64,000 bases of DNA from Antechinus flavipes. Taxonomy: Eukaryota. Under the pieces are notes generated by a model, which worked only from the letters and a program-made list of their open reading frames with translations, was not told the DNA's origin and did not search any database. Position 1 is the first letter of the stretch; the number at the start of each line of letters is the position of its first letter. Shown here piece after piece: positions 22,876-36,804 of the stretch. The position numbers and the translations under genes are program-made. The stretch spans positions 246,760,001 through 246,824,000 of the forward strand of contig NC_067403.1 of NCBI RefSeq assembly GCF_016432865.1, given 5' to 3'.

Positions 22876-24288
22876 TTCTTCTCCATATTTCCCTCCTTCA
22901 GTCAAAAATACCACCTATCTTTCAGTCTCTACTTTTCTCTGCCAAATTGTAATTCTAATTCTCCCAATTCCTAATTCACCATCATTTCATATCTTGGGAA
23001 ATGAGGTGACAAATCTTATACTTCCTACTTTTACAATATATTCCACATGTCTCTCTTCCTTGTTGATCCCATACAGGCAACACCTTAATTCAACCTCTCA
23101 CTTGAATTACTGTTATGGCCTCATATTTGCTCTACTCATCTTCAGCTTTTCCTGACTCCAATACCTCTTATTCACAACTGCCAAAGTGATATCACTGAAG
23201 TACATACCTGACCTTGTTATTCCCCTACTCAACAAAATTCAGGAGCTTTTTATTGCCTCTAGGATGAATTATGAAATAGGTGATTTGGCCTTAAAATCCC
23301 TGTTCATGTAGTTTCTATCTGCTTTTATAGACTTACTAATAAATTATTGTCCTTTTCATAATCTGCAGTGACTTTCTGGTTGTTCCACATATCACACACG
23401 GCATCTCATTTTCCATTTCTGTACATTTTCATGGGTCATCCCTCATGCTTCAAATGCTCTCCCTCCATATCTCTACTTTGAAGAATTCCATATCTCCTTC
23501 AAGAGTCTGCTCATAATCTATCTTTTCCAAAAAGTCAATTCTATATTATCCTTCCTCTCCACACCTTTGATTAGCTCCCTAATTTCACATATTTATATTT
23601 ATATGCATATAATTTGGTATGTAGAATGGTGCCTGTTTCACCTATATCTTTGAATCCCAAGAGCCTAGAACAGTGCTTGGTCCATAGGAAAAGTTTAATC
23701 ATCTTATTTGATTAGTTAATTAATAGATTACCCATTGTCCATCTCAAAAAACAAGCCAAATCACACACCATTTGCTATATTCCAAAGTGATGAATAGCAC
23801 ATATTTCCCCAGTTCTGCAGACAGACAGACAGACAGACAAATTGACAGAGACACAAAGACATACACACAAAGACAGAGACAAAAAGAGGTAAAGAGAGAG
23901 AGAGTAAGAGAGAGAGAGAGATACTTAAAAGGGGAGAAGTGGTTCATTCTTGGAAATAATTATACTTAATGCTTATCACAATAAAATTAAGCATTTATGT
24001 AACACTTTGTAATTTGCAAAGCATTTGACATGATATATCATTTGATCCTCCCCCAAAATCCACAAGATGGGTGTTATTAGTAACCTGATTTTGCAAACAA
24101 GGAAACTGAGATTGCTAGCCCATAGGTAACAAGAATCTGAAGTAGGATTTGAACTGATTTATCTTGACACCAAGTTCAGATCTCTTTTTATTGTTCGTCA
24201 TGAGACTTATACTCAAGTGACTAACGCTTAAATCTTAATTTTGTTGCACAGTTGCTGGCACATAGATGATGTTGAGTAAATGTCTGTT

Positions 24289-25518
24289 TTTAAAGCTTTT
24301 TTATTTTCAAAATACATGCATAGATAATATTCAACTTTCATTCCTGTAAAATCCTGTGCTCCAAATTTTTTTTTCTCCCGCCTTTCTTCCTACCCCTTCA
24401 TCTAGAAGGCAAGGAATCCAATCCAACATCAAATATGTGCAATTCTTCCACACATAACTCTTATAATTATCATGCTGCATAAGAAAAATTAGATCAAAAA
24501 GGGAAAAATGAAAAAGAAAACAAAATGCAAGCAAATAACAATAAAAAAGTGAGAACATTATTTTGTGATCCACATTCAGTGGTGCAGATAGTTCTCTCTA
24601 TTACAAGAAGAGCACTGGAACTGGCCTGAATCACCTCATTGTTGAAGAGCTATGTCCATCAGAATTGATTATTATATAATCTTGCTGTTGATATGTACAA
24701 TATATTCTCCTTTTTCTACTCATTTCACTTAGCATAAGTTCATATAAGTTTCTCCAGGCCTTTCTGAAATCAAATGCTGATCCTTTCTTATAGAACAATA
24801 ATATTCCATAACTTAGTCAGCCATTCTCCAGCTGATGGGCATCCACTCAGTTTCCAGTTCATTGCCACTAAAAAAAGGGCTGCCACAAACATTTTTTGAA
24901 CATGTGGATCCTTTTCCTTTTTTGTATGATCTCTTTGGGATACAGACTAAGTAGAGACACTGTTGGATCAAAGGGTATGCACAGTTTGAAAGCACTTTGG
25001 ACATGGATACATATTGCTCTTCAGAACAGTTGGATCAATTCATAACTCTACCTACAATATATTAACGTCCCACATCCCTTCTAACATTCATTATTATCTT
25101 TTCCTGTCATCTTAGCCAATCTCACAAATGTGTAGTGGTATCGCAAAATTGTCTTAATTTGCATTTCTCTGATCAATAGTGATTTAAAGAATTTTTTCAT
25201 ATAACTACAAATGTTTTTAATTTCTTCATCTGAAAATTATCTGTACATGTCTTTTGGCTATCAATTGAAGAATGGGTTGAATTCTTACAAATTTGAGTCA
25301 ATTCTTTATATTTTTTAGAAATAAGGCCTTTATCAGAACCCTTGGATATAAAAAATTTTCCCAATTCATTGCTTGCCTTCTAATCTTGAATGCATTGGTT
25401 TTGTTTGTGTTAAAACTTTTTAACTTAATATAATAAAAATTATTCATTTTGCATACCATAATGTACTCTGGTTCTTTTTTGGCCACAAATTCCTTTCTTC
25501 ACAGATCTGAGATGAGCT
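24289..25518 (-). mobile_element. Older 5'-truncated LINE-1, antisense
   Basis: Reverse complement resembles the ORF2 3' end and 3' UTR, with stops and frameshifts. TSD AATGTCTGTT at 24279-24288 and 25519-25528. Confidence 0.88.
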
Positions 25519-25529
25519 AATGTCTGTTG

Positions 25530-25780
25530 ACAGAGTCATTGATTGTTTATTAGTCGTGTGAGCATAATTAAATCACTGGGACCTCTGAACTACAGGTTAT
25601 CTATCTATGAAATGAAAAATAACAACAATAGTAGCAACTCAATATCAGAAGTCCAAAGATAAAGACTTTACAAATTTTAGAATAGCTAAGAATTATGATT
25701 CATAAACATTACTGCAAAATTCCCAAATAACTGGAAAACAAAACAAATCCTGGAAAGTCAAAAGGAAAGTAAATATGGGA
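25530..25780 (+). promoter_or_regulatory. Truncated, decayed copy of the OR promoter block
   Basis: Paralogous to the 5' half of the 14330-14545 and 26680-26910 blocks. The HD site reads TAACTG (25728), and the copy breaks off at ~25781 into L2 sequence. Confidence 0.6.
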
Positions 25781-26844
25781 GACTTTCTCATTGTTCCACA
25801 TATCACTCACAGCAACTCATCTTCATTTCTGTGCATTTACATGGACTGCCCCTCATGCTTAGAATGCTCTCCCTCCATATCTCTACCTTAAGGAATCTCA
25901 TAATTCCTTCAAGAGTCTATTCAAAAACAACCTTCTCAAAATGTCTTCCTGACTTATCTATTCCTCTCATGCCTCAGATTAGTGCTTTCCTAGGAATATG
26001 CCAAATAGAATGCAAATTCTTTGAGAGAAGGGCCTATTTCACCTATATATTTCCATTCCAAGTGCTCGGAGTGCTGGTTTCCTATCATAGGTTTAATTAT
26101 TATTTTTTTGGATTACCTAATTCATAGATCACCCATTGCTCAACTTTAATTATACAAGTCTAATAACACATCTTTCAAGATATTCCAGAATGAGGAATAG
26201 CAAAATTTCCACCAATCTATAAGGGGGAGAAAGGTAGGGATAGAGAGAGAAAGAAAGAGACAGAGAGACAGAGAGGAAAGAAAAAATGGAGGGAGGAAGG
26301 AAGAGAAGAGGAATGGTGGGAGTGGAGTAGTTCTTTTGAAAATAATTATATTTAATACCTATAAGGATTGCATTAATATTTCTGTACATTTTATGCTTTG
26401 TAAAGCACTTGACATGTTGTTATCATTTTTGATCCTCACAAAAATTTCATGAGATAGATGCTTTTATTAGCCTCATTTTTCACATAAGGAAACTGAGGCT
26501 GAGGTTAAGCGAACCATGGGAATAAAAAATCTGAGATATTATTCAAATTTATTTACCCTGATTCCAAGTTCATAGCTCTCTTCATTGTGCCTCATCAGTT
26601 TTATAGTCAAATAAATGGTATATAATCTTGGCTTTCTTGCACAGTGGCTACCACATAGAAGATGCTTATTAAAAATCTGTTGATGGGGTGATCGATTATT
26701 TAGTAGTTCTGTGAATATAAGTAAATCATCTGGGCCATCTGAATCAAACATTATCTACCTGTCAAATGAAAAAAATTATCTCTAAGAGGTATAAAGTTAT
26801 ATGCTTTGCAAATTTGAAATTATCGTTAAGAGAAAGATGATTCA

Positions 26845-27285
26845 TAAACATTACTGCAAAATTCCCAAGTAATTGGAAAACAACAGCACTCCTGGGAAGT
26901 CAGAAGGAAAGGAGCTACTGATAATTTTTCTCATGATATTTCCTTGTCCTCTGGGACTAGAAATGCCTGGGGGAGTGGGTTCCCATGCTATGTGGCTGTC
27001 ATGTGTGTGCCCATATTTGGAACATTGACAAGATGTCACATAAGGACTCCAGTGAGCCTAAACCTGATGGGAGCAGGAGAATTTGGAGTAAGATTACTTC
27101 CCCTTAAGCCAATCTCCCATTATTCCCAATAATCTGTATGAGTTTGAGAAAGTGTCTTAGGGAAGAAGCAGAGCTTGGAAGACCAGGGTCAGAGGGACAG
27201 GAGAGTTGGTTCCAAGGCTGAACTGAAACCTCTCAAACTTCAGCAAAGTGAAAAAAGGACTGAGTGGTGGGATGAGTAGGTAGGA
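26845..27285 (+). promoter_or_regulatory. Putative OR promoter and non-coding exon 1 for the 29780 gene (canonical donor mutated)
   Basis: TAATTG at 26870 and CTCCTGGGAA at 26889. The donor position reads GGG|ATGAGT (27272); an alternative AG|GTAGGA lies at 27280. Confidence 0.63.
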
Positions 27286-28095
27286 CATCTGACATAACAA
27301 AGTTACCGACTGAATTTCAGAAGGTAGAGATCACCTTATGCTAAGGGATCTTAACATTATGAACCTCAGTGGACTTAGAGATCACTAGCTCATCCCCTTC
27401 ATTTCTGGGGAGGAATGATCAAGGATGCCTATTGCACTTTTTGATCAATAAATCAATTCACATATATTATCGCAGTGGATGTACATAACAACCCTGGAGG
27501 TGAGGTCATCATTCTTCCCATTTTACAAATGAGGAAGCTGAGGACAAGGAAAGATTAAAGGATTTGACTAGGATCACAGAGCTAGTAAGTGTCTGAGGTA
27601 GAACCTGAGCGCAAATCTTTTTGATACTAATCCTATATTTGTTCCACTATACCACCCTGTAGTCTACGGGAAAATGATATATGACAAGTTTATCCATCAA
27701 ATTCATGCTATTATTCATATATTGAGTCAATGAGAAGAATGTCCCTGATTAACCCTAATATTCCTTCCTGCTCTTAATTGATTCTCCTGTGTACTAATCA
27801 ATGCAAGGTTTGGTACTCAGAGCTTCAAATACAAAGATAGAAAGCACATTTTCCTACCACTCAAGATAATTGTCATCTACTCTAAAACAGGAAAGGATCA
27901 CTGCCATTAACAGAGAATAATATGGAAAAGTAGTAAGTTATGAGAAGCAAAAAAGCCATAGAGAGGGAAATATGGAGGAAAGGCTAGTATGTAGCATTTA
28001 TAAAGAATAGTGAGAATTGAGTCTTTGAAGGAAGTTAGAATTAGGTTCTCAAATGTCCAGTGAAAGAGTTTATGTGAAAGTGTGTATGTACATAT

Positions 28096-28100
<5 letters not shown>

Positions 28101-28132
<32 letters not shown>
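28101..28132. repeat. (CA)16 microsatellite
   Basis: Perfect CA run; the paralogous position at ~38310 lacks it. Confidence 0.95.
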
Positions 28133-28134
<2 letters not shown>

Positions 28135-29779
28135 TAGGAGTAATAGGGGACAATTGGATATTTTGAAGAACCACAACAACCTTGTATACCTGAGGTAGGT
28201 TGTTTTGGAACTTTGTAAAGCATGGTTGAATAAAGAAGACAGTGAAAAGAGAGAGAATTATTAGGAGGCAGTATGATAGCCAAAATCCAGGGTGATGAAA
28301 GATTTAATAAATGACTAAAAAGAATAAGATGGACATAAGAGCTGTTAAATAGGAAGAATTGATTAAAAAATAAAACCTGTCAACCTATTGGATGTGACTG
28401 ATGAGGAGAAGAGTAACATTGGACTCATGTTTAGAGCCCATGTGATAGAGGACATTGAGATACCACCAAAAGAAAAAGGTAAGTTGGAGGTAGAGATGGG
28501 TTTGATAAGAGTCAAAATCAAGATGGATTCAAACTTTTCTTTTTACAAGTCTAACTACCCTCTTAGATTTTTAACGTGGGGAAAAAAGAGCTGGGGTATG
28601 GATAACAATAAAGCAAAGAGGAATTGTAGCAGAGTGATATACCGAGGTTGGGAATAATGGCCAAGAGAGGGATGGCCCAATAGTCAAACAATAGAGATCA
28701 GGTAAGAGTGGGACATCAATTAAAACAATGATTTCTGTTTTTTTCCTAACTGCTCACAAGTCTCACACTACTTTAGGTTCAAGGTTCCAGGATTTCTTCA
28801 CTCAGAGCTAATACCTTGTTCTGAGCACCCTTCTACCTTTGAGCTCATTTTCCAGCTCTAACAACCAATGATTCCTTGGATCTAAATACCCTTTCATACT
28901 CATCTTTTACACCCCAGGCAAAGAAAACTGTTAGCAGAGCCCCTCCAGGATGACCAGCACCACCAAAGGTAATGGTTTGTTTTAGAGTACTCTGAGGTTT
29001 TTTTTTTAATCAAACAAAAAGGAGGCATCAAGGTAATGAAGCAAATGAAATGCCAAACCTAGAGTCAGGAAAAATTGAATTCAAAATTTGTCTCATACAT
29101 CTGGGGAAAGACTCTGGACAGAACATTTGCCCTCTGCCTTCCTAATTGCTTCTTCCATAAAATGGAGATAATAGTAATACCAATATCCCTGAAAATTGTG
29201 AGGGGTGAATTTAAAAATAAATTAATATAATGTGTCTTGTAAACTGTCAGGTGCTAGTTAAATGTTATCTATTAATATTATGACTTAGACAGTTCAGCAA
29301 GGATTTTCCCCTTCAGAGCAGCGCCAGGGAAACTAAGATACTTATTCCTTTCATGCTGTCATTTCTGAGAACATGTGTTCCTTCATTCCTTGTCAAATTG
29401 TTTTTAAAAACCAGGTTAAAAGCTAAAAGGAAACTCATGCTCTTAAAAAGCCTCATCTGAAATAATCTTAGAAAATCAGGCTTAGATGGTGGTTGAACAT
29501 GTCAGAGCATCCTGAGATACAGTTGAATTGTTGTTTGGTTTTACTGAACTCTTTTCTTTTTTTCCTATTTTCAATCATTGTTACAAGAGATGACTCCTTG
29601 GGTTGGGTAATGGGCAAGGTTAAATTCAAAAATCAAAGTGATGTGAAATCAAAAAATTTCAATAAAATAAGCTTGTTAAAGAAAACACCTCCATCCTAAA
29701 CTAAATTCTATTCCATTCCTAATCTGAGATTACTAAAATCTCTTAGTCCTTCTCCCTCTATCCTTCATTTGCAGATAAT

Positions 29780-30718
29780 ATGAAAGCCATGACCCAAGAA
29801 AATGGTACTGAAGTGACTGAGTTCATTCTATTGGGATTTGCAGTTCGACAAGAACTACAGTACATCCTCTTCCTGGTATTTCTGCTCATCTACATGACAT
29901 CTCTCGTGGGCAATGCTGGTATGATCCTGCTCATCAAGTGTGATGCTCGCCTTCACACTCCCATGTATTTTTTCCTCCAAAACTTGGCTTTTGCTGACCT
30001 CTGTTACACTTCTGCTATCACTCCCAAGATGTTGGTCGACTTCCTGGTCTCAGATAAGTCCATCTCATTCTCAGGGTGTGTGATACAATTATATGTTTAT
30101 GGTGTATTCGCCACAGTTGAATGTTACCTTCTGGCTGCCATGGCTGTAGATCGTTATGTGGCCATCTGCAACCCGCTCCGTTACCCAGTAGTCATGTCCC
30201 AGAGAGCCTGCATCCAGTTGGTCAGCGGATCTTATGTCATGAGTTCCTTGAATACTACCACACATGTAGGCTCTCTCCTTTCCCTGTCTTTCTGCAATTC
30301 TAACAAAATCAATCACTTCTTTTGTGACTTGCCCCCAATATTGAGACTTTCCTGTTCCAATATTGATTTTAATGTCCTGTTGATCCTGATTTTTGTGGGC
30401 TTTAACCTGATAGGCACATTCCTGGCTGTGTTCTTCTCCTACCTTTACATCCTTGCTGCCATCTTGAGGATGCCCTCTACTGCAGGGAGGCACAAAGCCT
30501 TCTCCACTTGTGCTTCTCACATGACTGCTGTCACCATGTTCTATGTAACAGCCTGTTACATGTATTTACAGCCTTCTTCCAGAAATTCAGAAGAGAATGA
30601 TAAAATAGCTTCTGTGTTTTATGGTATCTTAATACCCATGCTGAACCCCCTGATCTACAGTCTAAGAAACAAGGAGGTAAAAGAGGCAGTGAAAGTTCTT
30701 ATGAAAAGTTGTTTTTGA
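29780..30718 (+). CDS. OR5AK2: Olfactory receptor OR5AK-like, 312 aa (second ATG at 29789)
   Basis: Intact ORF with OR motifs. TM6 reads FYV instead of FYG. Acceptor CATTTGCAG ends at 29774. Confidence 0.95.
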   Translation: MKAMTQENGTEVTEFILLGFAVRQELQYILFLVFLLIYMTSLVGNAGMILLIKCDARLHTPMYFFLQNLAFADLCYTSAITPKMLVDFLVSDKSISFSGCVIQLYVYGVFATVECYLLAAMAVDRYVAICNPLRYPVVMSQRACIQLVSGSYVMSSLNTTTHVGSLLSLSFCNSNKINHFFCDLPPILRLSCSNIDFNVLLILIFVGFNLIGTFLAVFFSYLYILAAILRMPSTAGRHKAFSTCASHMTAVTMFYVTACYMYLQPSSRNSEENDKIASVFYGILIPMLNPLIYSLRNKEVKEAVKVLMKSCF

Positions 30719-31324
30719 GTCAGTTCTTACATTCCAGTTCAGAGAAGCATTCAAACAGAGCATTTCTTTTCTTTTTTTTAATAGTTAGATATTGAATCAG
30801 TTCAGACAACAGATCATTTCATTGCTTCAATATGTAAATAATAGATCAATATGGAGAGTATGACAGACTACAGTTAAAATTTACAAATATATTCCCTCCT
30901 TGGGTATTCTTGATAATATTCTGCGATCCAACATGGATATCTCTACTTCCCTTTGAGTCACCCATCCCTCTGAGTCTTCAGAATTTTGCTGTTCCAAGAT
31001 TTATTATCACTCATTACTCTTAAAAGAATGTTTTCATTAAGAAGAAAAAATAATTTACACTGAGGCAAATTGAAGTTATTATAAATACTAGGTAGTTTTC
31101 CATATGCATACAGTCCATATTACTCCTCCCATTTAATTTTGGGCTCGTTTGACTGTTTAGGTACATTATATTAGTAATTTGTATTGATGTGCTAATTCAT
31201 GGACTTGAAACACAAATATATGACACTGTCTGAACTATAAATATTTATATCACAGTATGAATTGCTAAAGTGATACTTTTTGAGTCATCAGCCAAGTTTA
31301 ATAAGTAATTTTAATGTAGTTGTT

Positions 31325-31545
31325 GAATCATGTCAGTCATGTTCAACTCTTCATAATCCCATTTGAGTTTTCCTTGAACAGGATACTGGAGTGGTTTGCC
31401 ATTTCCTTCTCCAGCCTATTTTACAGAAGAATAACTGAGGCTTATAGGCTTTTGACTTACCCAGGGTCACACAATTACTGTTTGAGGCTAGATTTGAATT
31501 CATGAAAATGAGTCTTCTTGATTTAAAGCCCCATGCTCTACCCAC
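31325..31545 (-). mobile_element. MAR1-type marsupial CORE-SINE; paralog at ~42180-42400
   Basis: CAGTCATGTTCAACTCTT...CCCATTTGAGTTTTC...GGAGTGGTTTGCCATTTCCTTCTCCAG is the reverse complement of the MAR1 3' end. Confidence 0.75.
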
Positions 31546-32479
31546 TCAGACACAGCACTCTCATATATGTAAAGTAGACTAGTCCAAAAACTTTGTAATT
31601 TTCTGGGAATCCTTTCTTCATCTTATTAACATGAAAGATATCCTCACCAATAATGATGGACAGCTTTTCAAAACAAATTTCCCCACATTGTGTGCCTGGT
31701 TTTATTTTAATAACTAAAGAATGCTTTAACAAAATTATCTCTATAGTTGAGTTATCAAAGAATTTTGCATGATCTTTTCCTTTTTATGGAAGACAAGTAG
31801 GTGGCACTTACTTTCCCTTGAATATCTAATATCTTATGTACACAAATAATCCACTATTCATGTCTTTTTTTATTGCCTTTTAGAGTAATAATGCTGTCAC
31901 TTATTTCAGTTATTTGATAATTTTCCTTTCTTGAAGATATCTTAAAAGCTAATTGCTGAGTTCCTTAATAATTGGAATAATTGGAAATTGAAATTCTTCA
32001 AGTCCAGATGCTCTTCCCAAACTTCCTAGTGTCATTTTTCCCTGGTACAAATAGCACAACATGTACTAACTAACAAGGTCATAATCAAAGATGAATACCT
32101 GGAGTAGTCACAGTTCTACTCCATTTCCATCTTAATAACAGAATCCCAATCTGACTTTCATTTGCTCTATTCTTCTCAACCAGCTTGCTACATATTTACC
32201 TAAACTTAACTGCCAAATTCAGTGACATTTTTGAACACTTCATCATCTCCAACCTCTCCACACACACACTTTTAACCATCTCTCTTCAAAATTTTCTTAT
32301 TCTTTGGCTTTGATACCTCTTCCCAGATACACCTTCATCCTGTTTTTTTTTCCAAATTATCCATCTTCTGGCCCCAAACTTGGGACGTTTCAAATCTCTA
32401 TCCCGAGCAATTTTTTTAAATGAGTTAATATATTTAAAGAGCTTTGCAAACTTTAAACTGCCATGTAAATATGAGCAAT

Positions 32480-33685
32480 TTGTAATCAAGAATAACATTC
32501 AAAAAAGCTGAGCATAATTCTAAGTAAAAATAATATTTAGTGAATTGAAACACCTTTAAGTATTTTGTCAAAAAGATCAGAACTCAATGGGAAATTGAAC
32601 ATAGATTCAGGAGAAAACATAAATATAAAAGACTAATTAAAAGGGATGAAGTAAGATGAAACTATTTAGCTCTTATATGAGAAAATGTTATCTGTACTCT
32701 TAAGAATGTTATCATTATAGTTGCTATGATAATTGAATATTATCAATTACAAATTACATTAATTTGAAAGAGCATAAATAATAGAAAGCTTAGGTTGAGT
32801 TGAGAATAAGGATTATTTTTTAAAATAAAATTGAGTTGAGCACAAGTGGTGATTTTTTAAAATAAAATTAGGCAAAGAGTTAAAATGGAGAACAAATGAA
32901 CCATAAATGAAAGAATAGAGGCACATGGATTGGAGGCCGGATTCTTATCAGAACTAGGTTAAAGAGGGAATAACATATAAAATGATATAAAAGTTTTATA
33001 AATTTATAAAGAAATAAGAGGGCAAGGGAACAGAATAAGGGAAGGACTTTTAGAAGGGTATGTAGATTAAGAAGTAGAAGATTAGAGGAAAATATGAGGA
33101 CAGGATTCTTTTTAAAAATATGGATTAGGGAGGCAAGGGTTAGAAGTAAATCAGATGTGTTAGAAGGGGAAGAGTAAAAAGAGGGAGTGAGAAGGATAAA
33201 AAATAAAGAGGATGAATGGAAATATTCAATTAGTAAATATCAATTTGAGTATGTACAGATGAACTCGCTCATAAAATGAAGATAGATAACAGAATGAATT
33301 AAAAATCAGAATCTGACAATATATTGCTTACAAGAACTACATTTTAAAATGCGATCTATACACAGAATTAAAATAAAAGACAAGAATGGAATTTACTTAT
33401 CTGAGGTTTTAAAAAACATGGATAGCAATCATGATCTCAAAGTTAAAGTTAAAATAGAGAAATAGAGAAAATGCATTGTGATAAAAAGGTACCATCAAAA
33501 ATGAATATCAATATTAAACTTATATGCACCAAATGCCAGAGCATCTAAGTTTTCGAAGGAAAAGTTAAATGAATTACAGATGAAAACATAAGGCCATATT
33601 GTCATAATGGGGAACTTTAACCTTCCTCTCTCAGAATTTGTTAAATAAAACCAATAAATAGATAGATAGATAGATTAAAAAAAAA
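32480..33685 (+). mobile_element. Old LINE-1 fragment (ORF1 end, inter-ORF spacer, ORF2 endonuclease start)
   Basis: Degenerate EN-domain translation near 33260-33350 (NSLIK..EWIKNQNxTIxCLQE-like). Paralogous to 44950-45560. Confidence 0.72.
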
Positions 33686-35204
33686 GTAGTGGAAGCTTAC
33701 TCAGTAATTGATGAATTATGGATTTATTGATTGGAAGTTTTAAATTAAATCTCTACGATTCCTCTTAAACTTAATATGCCCAAAGGAAACTCTTGTATTT
33801 TTCACAAACCCATCCATCTTCATATGTCCCTGTTTCTGACAAGAATACCTCCTCCTTTCCAATCTCTAGGTTTCACCATCATATTGGAATTCTCAATAAC
33901 TAATTCTCCATCATTTCATATCTTGGGAAATGAGGTGCCAAATATTATACTTCCTACTTTTACAATATATTCTACATCTCTCCCTTCCTCATTGGTCCCC
34001 CACAGGCAGCACCTTAATTCAAGCCTTGATCACCTGTCACTTGGAATACTGCTATGGCCTCATATTTTCTCTGTTCATCTCCAGATTCTCCTGACTCAAA
34101 TATATCTTATTTATAACTACCAAAGTTATTTCACTTAAGTACTTGTATGACCATGTGATTCCTCCATCACTAGGTTTTTATTGCTTCTATGACAAAATAA
34201 GAACTAGATGATTTGACTTTGAAAGCCCTGTTCAATCTGACTTCTACAAGATTTTCCAGACTTACTAATAAATTATTCTCCTTCCCATAATCTGCAGTGA
34301 CTTTTGGGTGTTCCACACATCACACACAGCATCTCATTTTCCATTTCTGTGCCTTTGCATGGGTCATGCCTCAAATGCTCTCCCTCCATATCTACTTTGA
34401 AGAATTCCATACTTCCTTTGAGAGTCTGCTCATAATCTATCTTATCCAAAAAGTCAATTCTACATTATCCTTCCAATCCACCCTTTTGACTAGTTCCCCA
34501 TAGAAATATCTCACACATCTTTATTTATATTTAAATGCATATAATTTTGTATGTAGAATGGTGCCTATTTCACCTCTATCTTTGTATCCCAAGAGTCTAG
34601 AACAGTGTTTGGTCCATAGGAAAGGCTTAATAATTTTATTTGACTAGTTAATTGATAGATTACCCATTGCCCAATTCAAACAACACAAGCCGAATTATAC
34701 ACCATTTGATATATTCCAAAGTGATGAATAGCACATATTTCCCTAGTTCTTCAGAGAGAAAGAGACAGACACAGAGACACACAAAGGCAGAGACAGAGAT
34801 GAAGAGAGAAGTGAAGAGAGGGAGGGCAAGAAACAAATAGTTAAGAGGGAAGGGGTGATTCTTTCTTGTAAATAATTATACCTAATACTTATCATAATAA
34901 GATTAAGCATTTAGCACTTTGTGAATTGCAAAGTATTTGCCACAATTTATCATTTGATCCTCCCTAAAAATCCATAAGATAGGTGCTTTTATTAGGCTGA
35001 TTTTGCAAACACAGAAACTGAGACTGAGGTTAAGTGATTTGCCCATAGGTAACAAAAATCTGACATAGGATTTGAACGGATTTATCTTGACACCAAGTTC
35101 AGACCTCTATTGTTCCTCATCAGATTTATATTCAAGTGAATGACATTTAAATCTAAATGTTTCATAGTGGCTGGCACATAGATGATGTTGAGTAAATCTC
35201 TGTT

Positions 35205-36060
35205 TTTTTTTTAAGTTTTTTTTTTATTCTCAAAACACATGCATAGATAATTTTCAATAATCATCACTGTAAAATCCTGTGCTCCAAATTTTTTTCTCCC
35301 TCCCTTCCCCACTATCCCCTCACCCAGAAGGCAAGGAATCCAATCCAATATCAAATATGTTCAATTCTTCTACACAGACCTCCATAATTATCATGCTGCA
35401 CAAGAAAAATCAAATCAATAAGGAAAAAAAAATGAGAAAGAAAACAAAATGAAATAAATAACAACAAAAAAGTAAAAATATTATTTTATGATCCATACTC
35501 AGTTCCCAGAGTTCTCTCTCTGGGTGTAGATGGCTCTCTTCGTCACAAGATCATGGAATTGATATGAATCATCTCATTGCTGAAGAGAGCCATATCTATC
35601 AGAATTGAACATTATATAATCTTGTTGTTGCTGTGTATAATGATCTCCTGGTTCTTCTCATTTCACTCGGCATCAGTTCATGTAAATCTCTCTAGACCAC
35701 TCTGAAATCATAGTGCTGATCCCCTCTTGTAGAGCAGTAATAATCCATAACTTGTTCAGCCATTCTCCAATGTTTCCAGTTCCTTGCCACTCCAAAAAGG
35801 GGTGCTACAGACATTTTTGTACATGTAGTCCTCCCTTTTTTATGATTCCTTTGGGATATGATTGGATTAAAGTGTATAATCAGTTTGAAAGTCCTTGGGG
35901 CATGGCTCCATATTGTTCTCCAGAATAGTTGGATCAGTTCACAACTCCACCAACATTGTATTAGTGTTGCAGTTTTCCCACATCCCCTTTAACCATTATT
36001 ATCTTTTTCTATCATCTTAGCCAATCTGAGAGGTACGTAGTGGTAACTCGGAATTGTCTT
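35205..36060 (-). mobile_element. Antisense LINE-1 3' fragment, duplicate of the 24289 insertion
   Basis: Same left flank (GATGATGTTGAGTAAAT.TCTGTT) and same L1 3' UTR as 24289. The right part and second TSD are deleted. Confidence 0.85.
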
Positions 36061-36804
36061 TACTCACTTTACCCACTGACTAACTTTAATAATGCAAGAT
36101 ATTCCAAAATGAAGAATAGCAAAATTTTCACCAATCTATAAGAAGGAGATAAGGGAGAGGGAAAGAGAGAAAGAGAAAAAGGGGGAGGGAAGGGGAAGAG
36201 GGAAAGATAGAGGAGGAGAGAGAAAGAGAGAGATAAAGAGGGAAGGAGGGAGAAAAGAAGCATGTTAGGAGTGGAGTCATTCTTTTGAAAATAATTATGC
36301 CTAATACCTATAAGGACAATATTAAATATTTCTGTAGCATTTTATGATTTGTTAAGCACTTGACATGTTGTAGCATTGATCCTCACAAAAACTCCATCAC
36401 ATAGATGCTTTTATTAGCCTCATTTTTCATACAAGGAAACTGAGGCTGGGGTTAAGTGACTTGGCCATAGGAATCAAAAATCTGAGATAATGTTCAAACT
36501 TATTTATCCTGATTCCAAGTTCAGAGTTCTCTCCATGGTGCCTCATCAGTCTTACAGTCAAGTGAACAGTACAGAAATCTTGACTTTCCTGTAGAATGAA
36601 GGGCACATAGAAGATGCTTATTGAATGCTTATTGATGAAAGCATTGAAGTGATTGATTATTTAGTAGTTGTGTGACCATAAAGAAATCATCTGGGTCATT
36701 TGAAACAAGCATTATCTACCTGTAAAGTGAAAAATTATCTCTCAGAGGTTTAAAATGATATGCTTTGCAAATTTGGAAGTATCTTTAAGAGAAATATGAT
36801 TCAT

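Larger units (their letters stand above)
22600..33685 (+). repeat. Segmental duplication copy A (unit containing the 29780 OR)
   Basis: Colinear with 33686-45560, sharing the antisense L1 insertion, a distinct 3' flank, a MAR1 SINE and an old L1. Confidence 0.8.

Noticed and set aside
30089-30520. 143-aa antisense ORF within the OR (79 aa in the paralog at 41118)
   Set aside because: Length is not conserved between the two closest paralogs, and antisense frames of hydrophobic CDSs are often stop-poor.
33650-33688. AATAAA plus (GATA)n plus A9, looking like a retroposed polyA tail
   Set aside because: It fits a degenerate A-rich stretch of the L1 EN region with microsatellite slippage, and no TSD was found.
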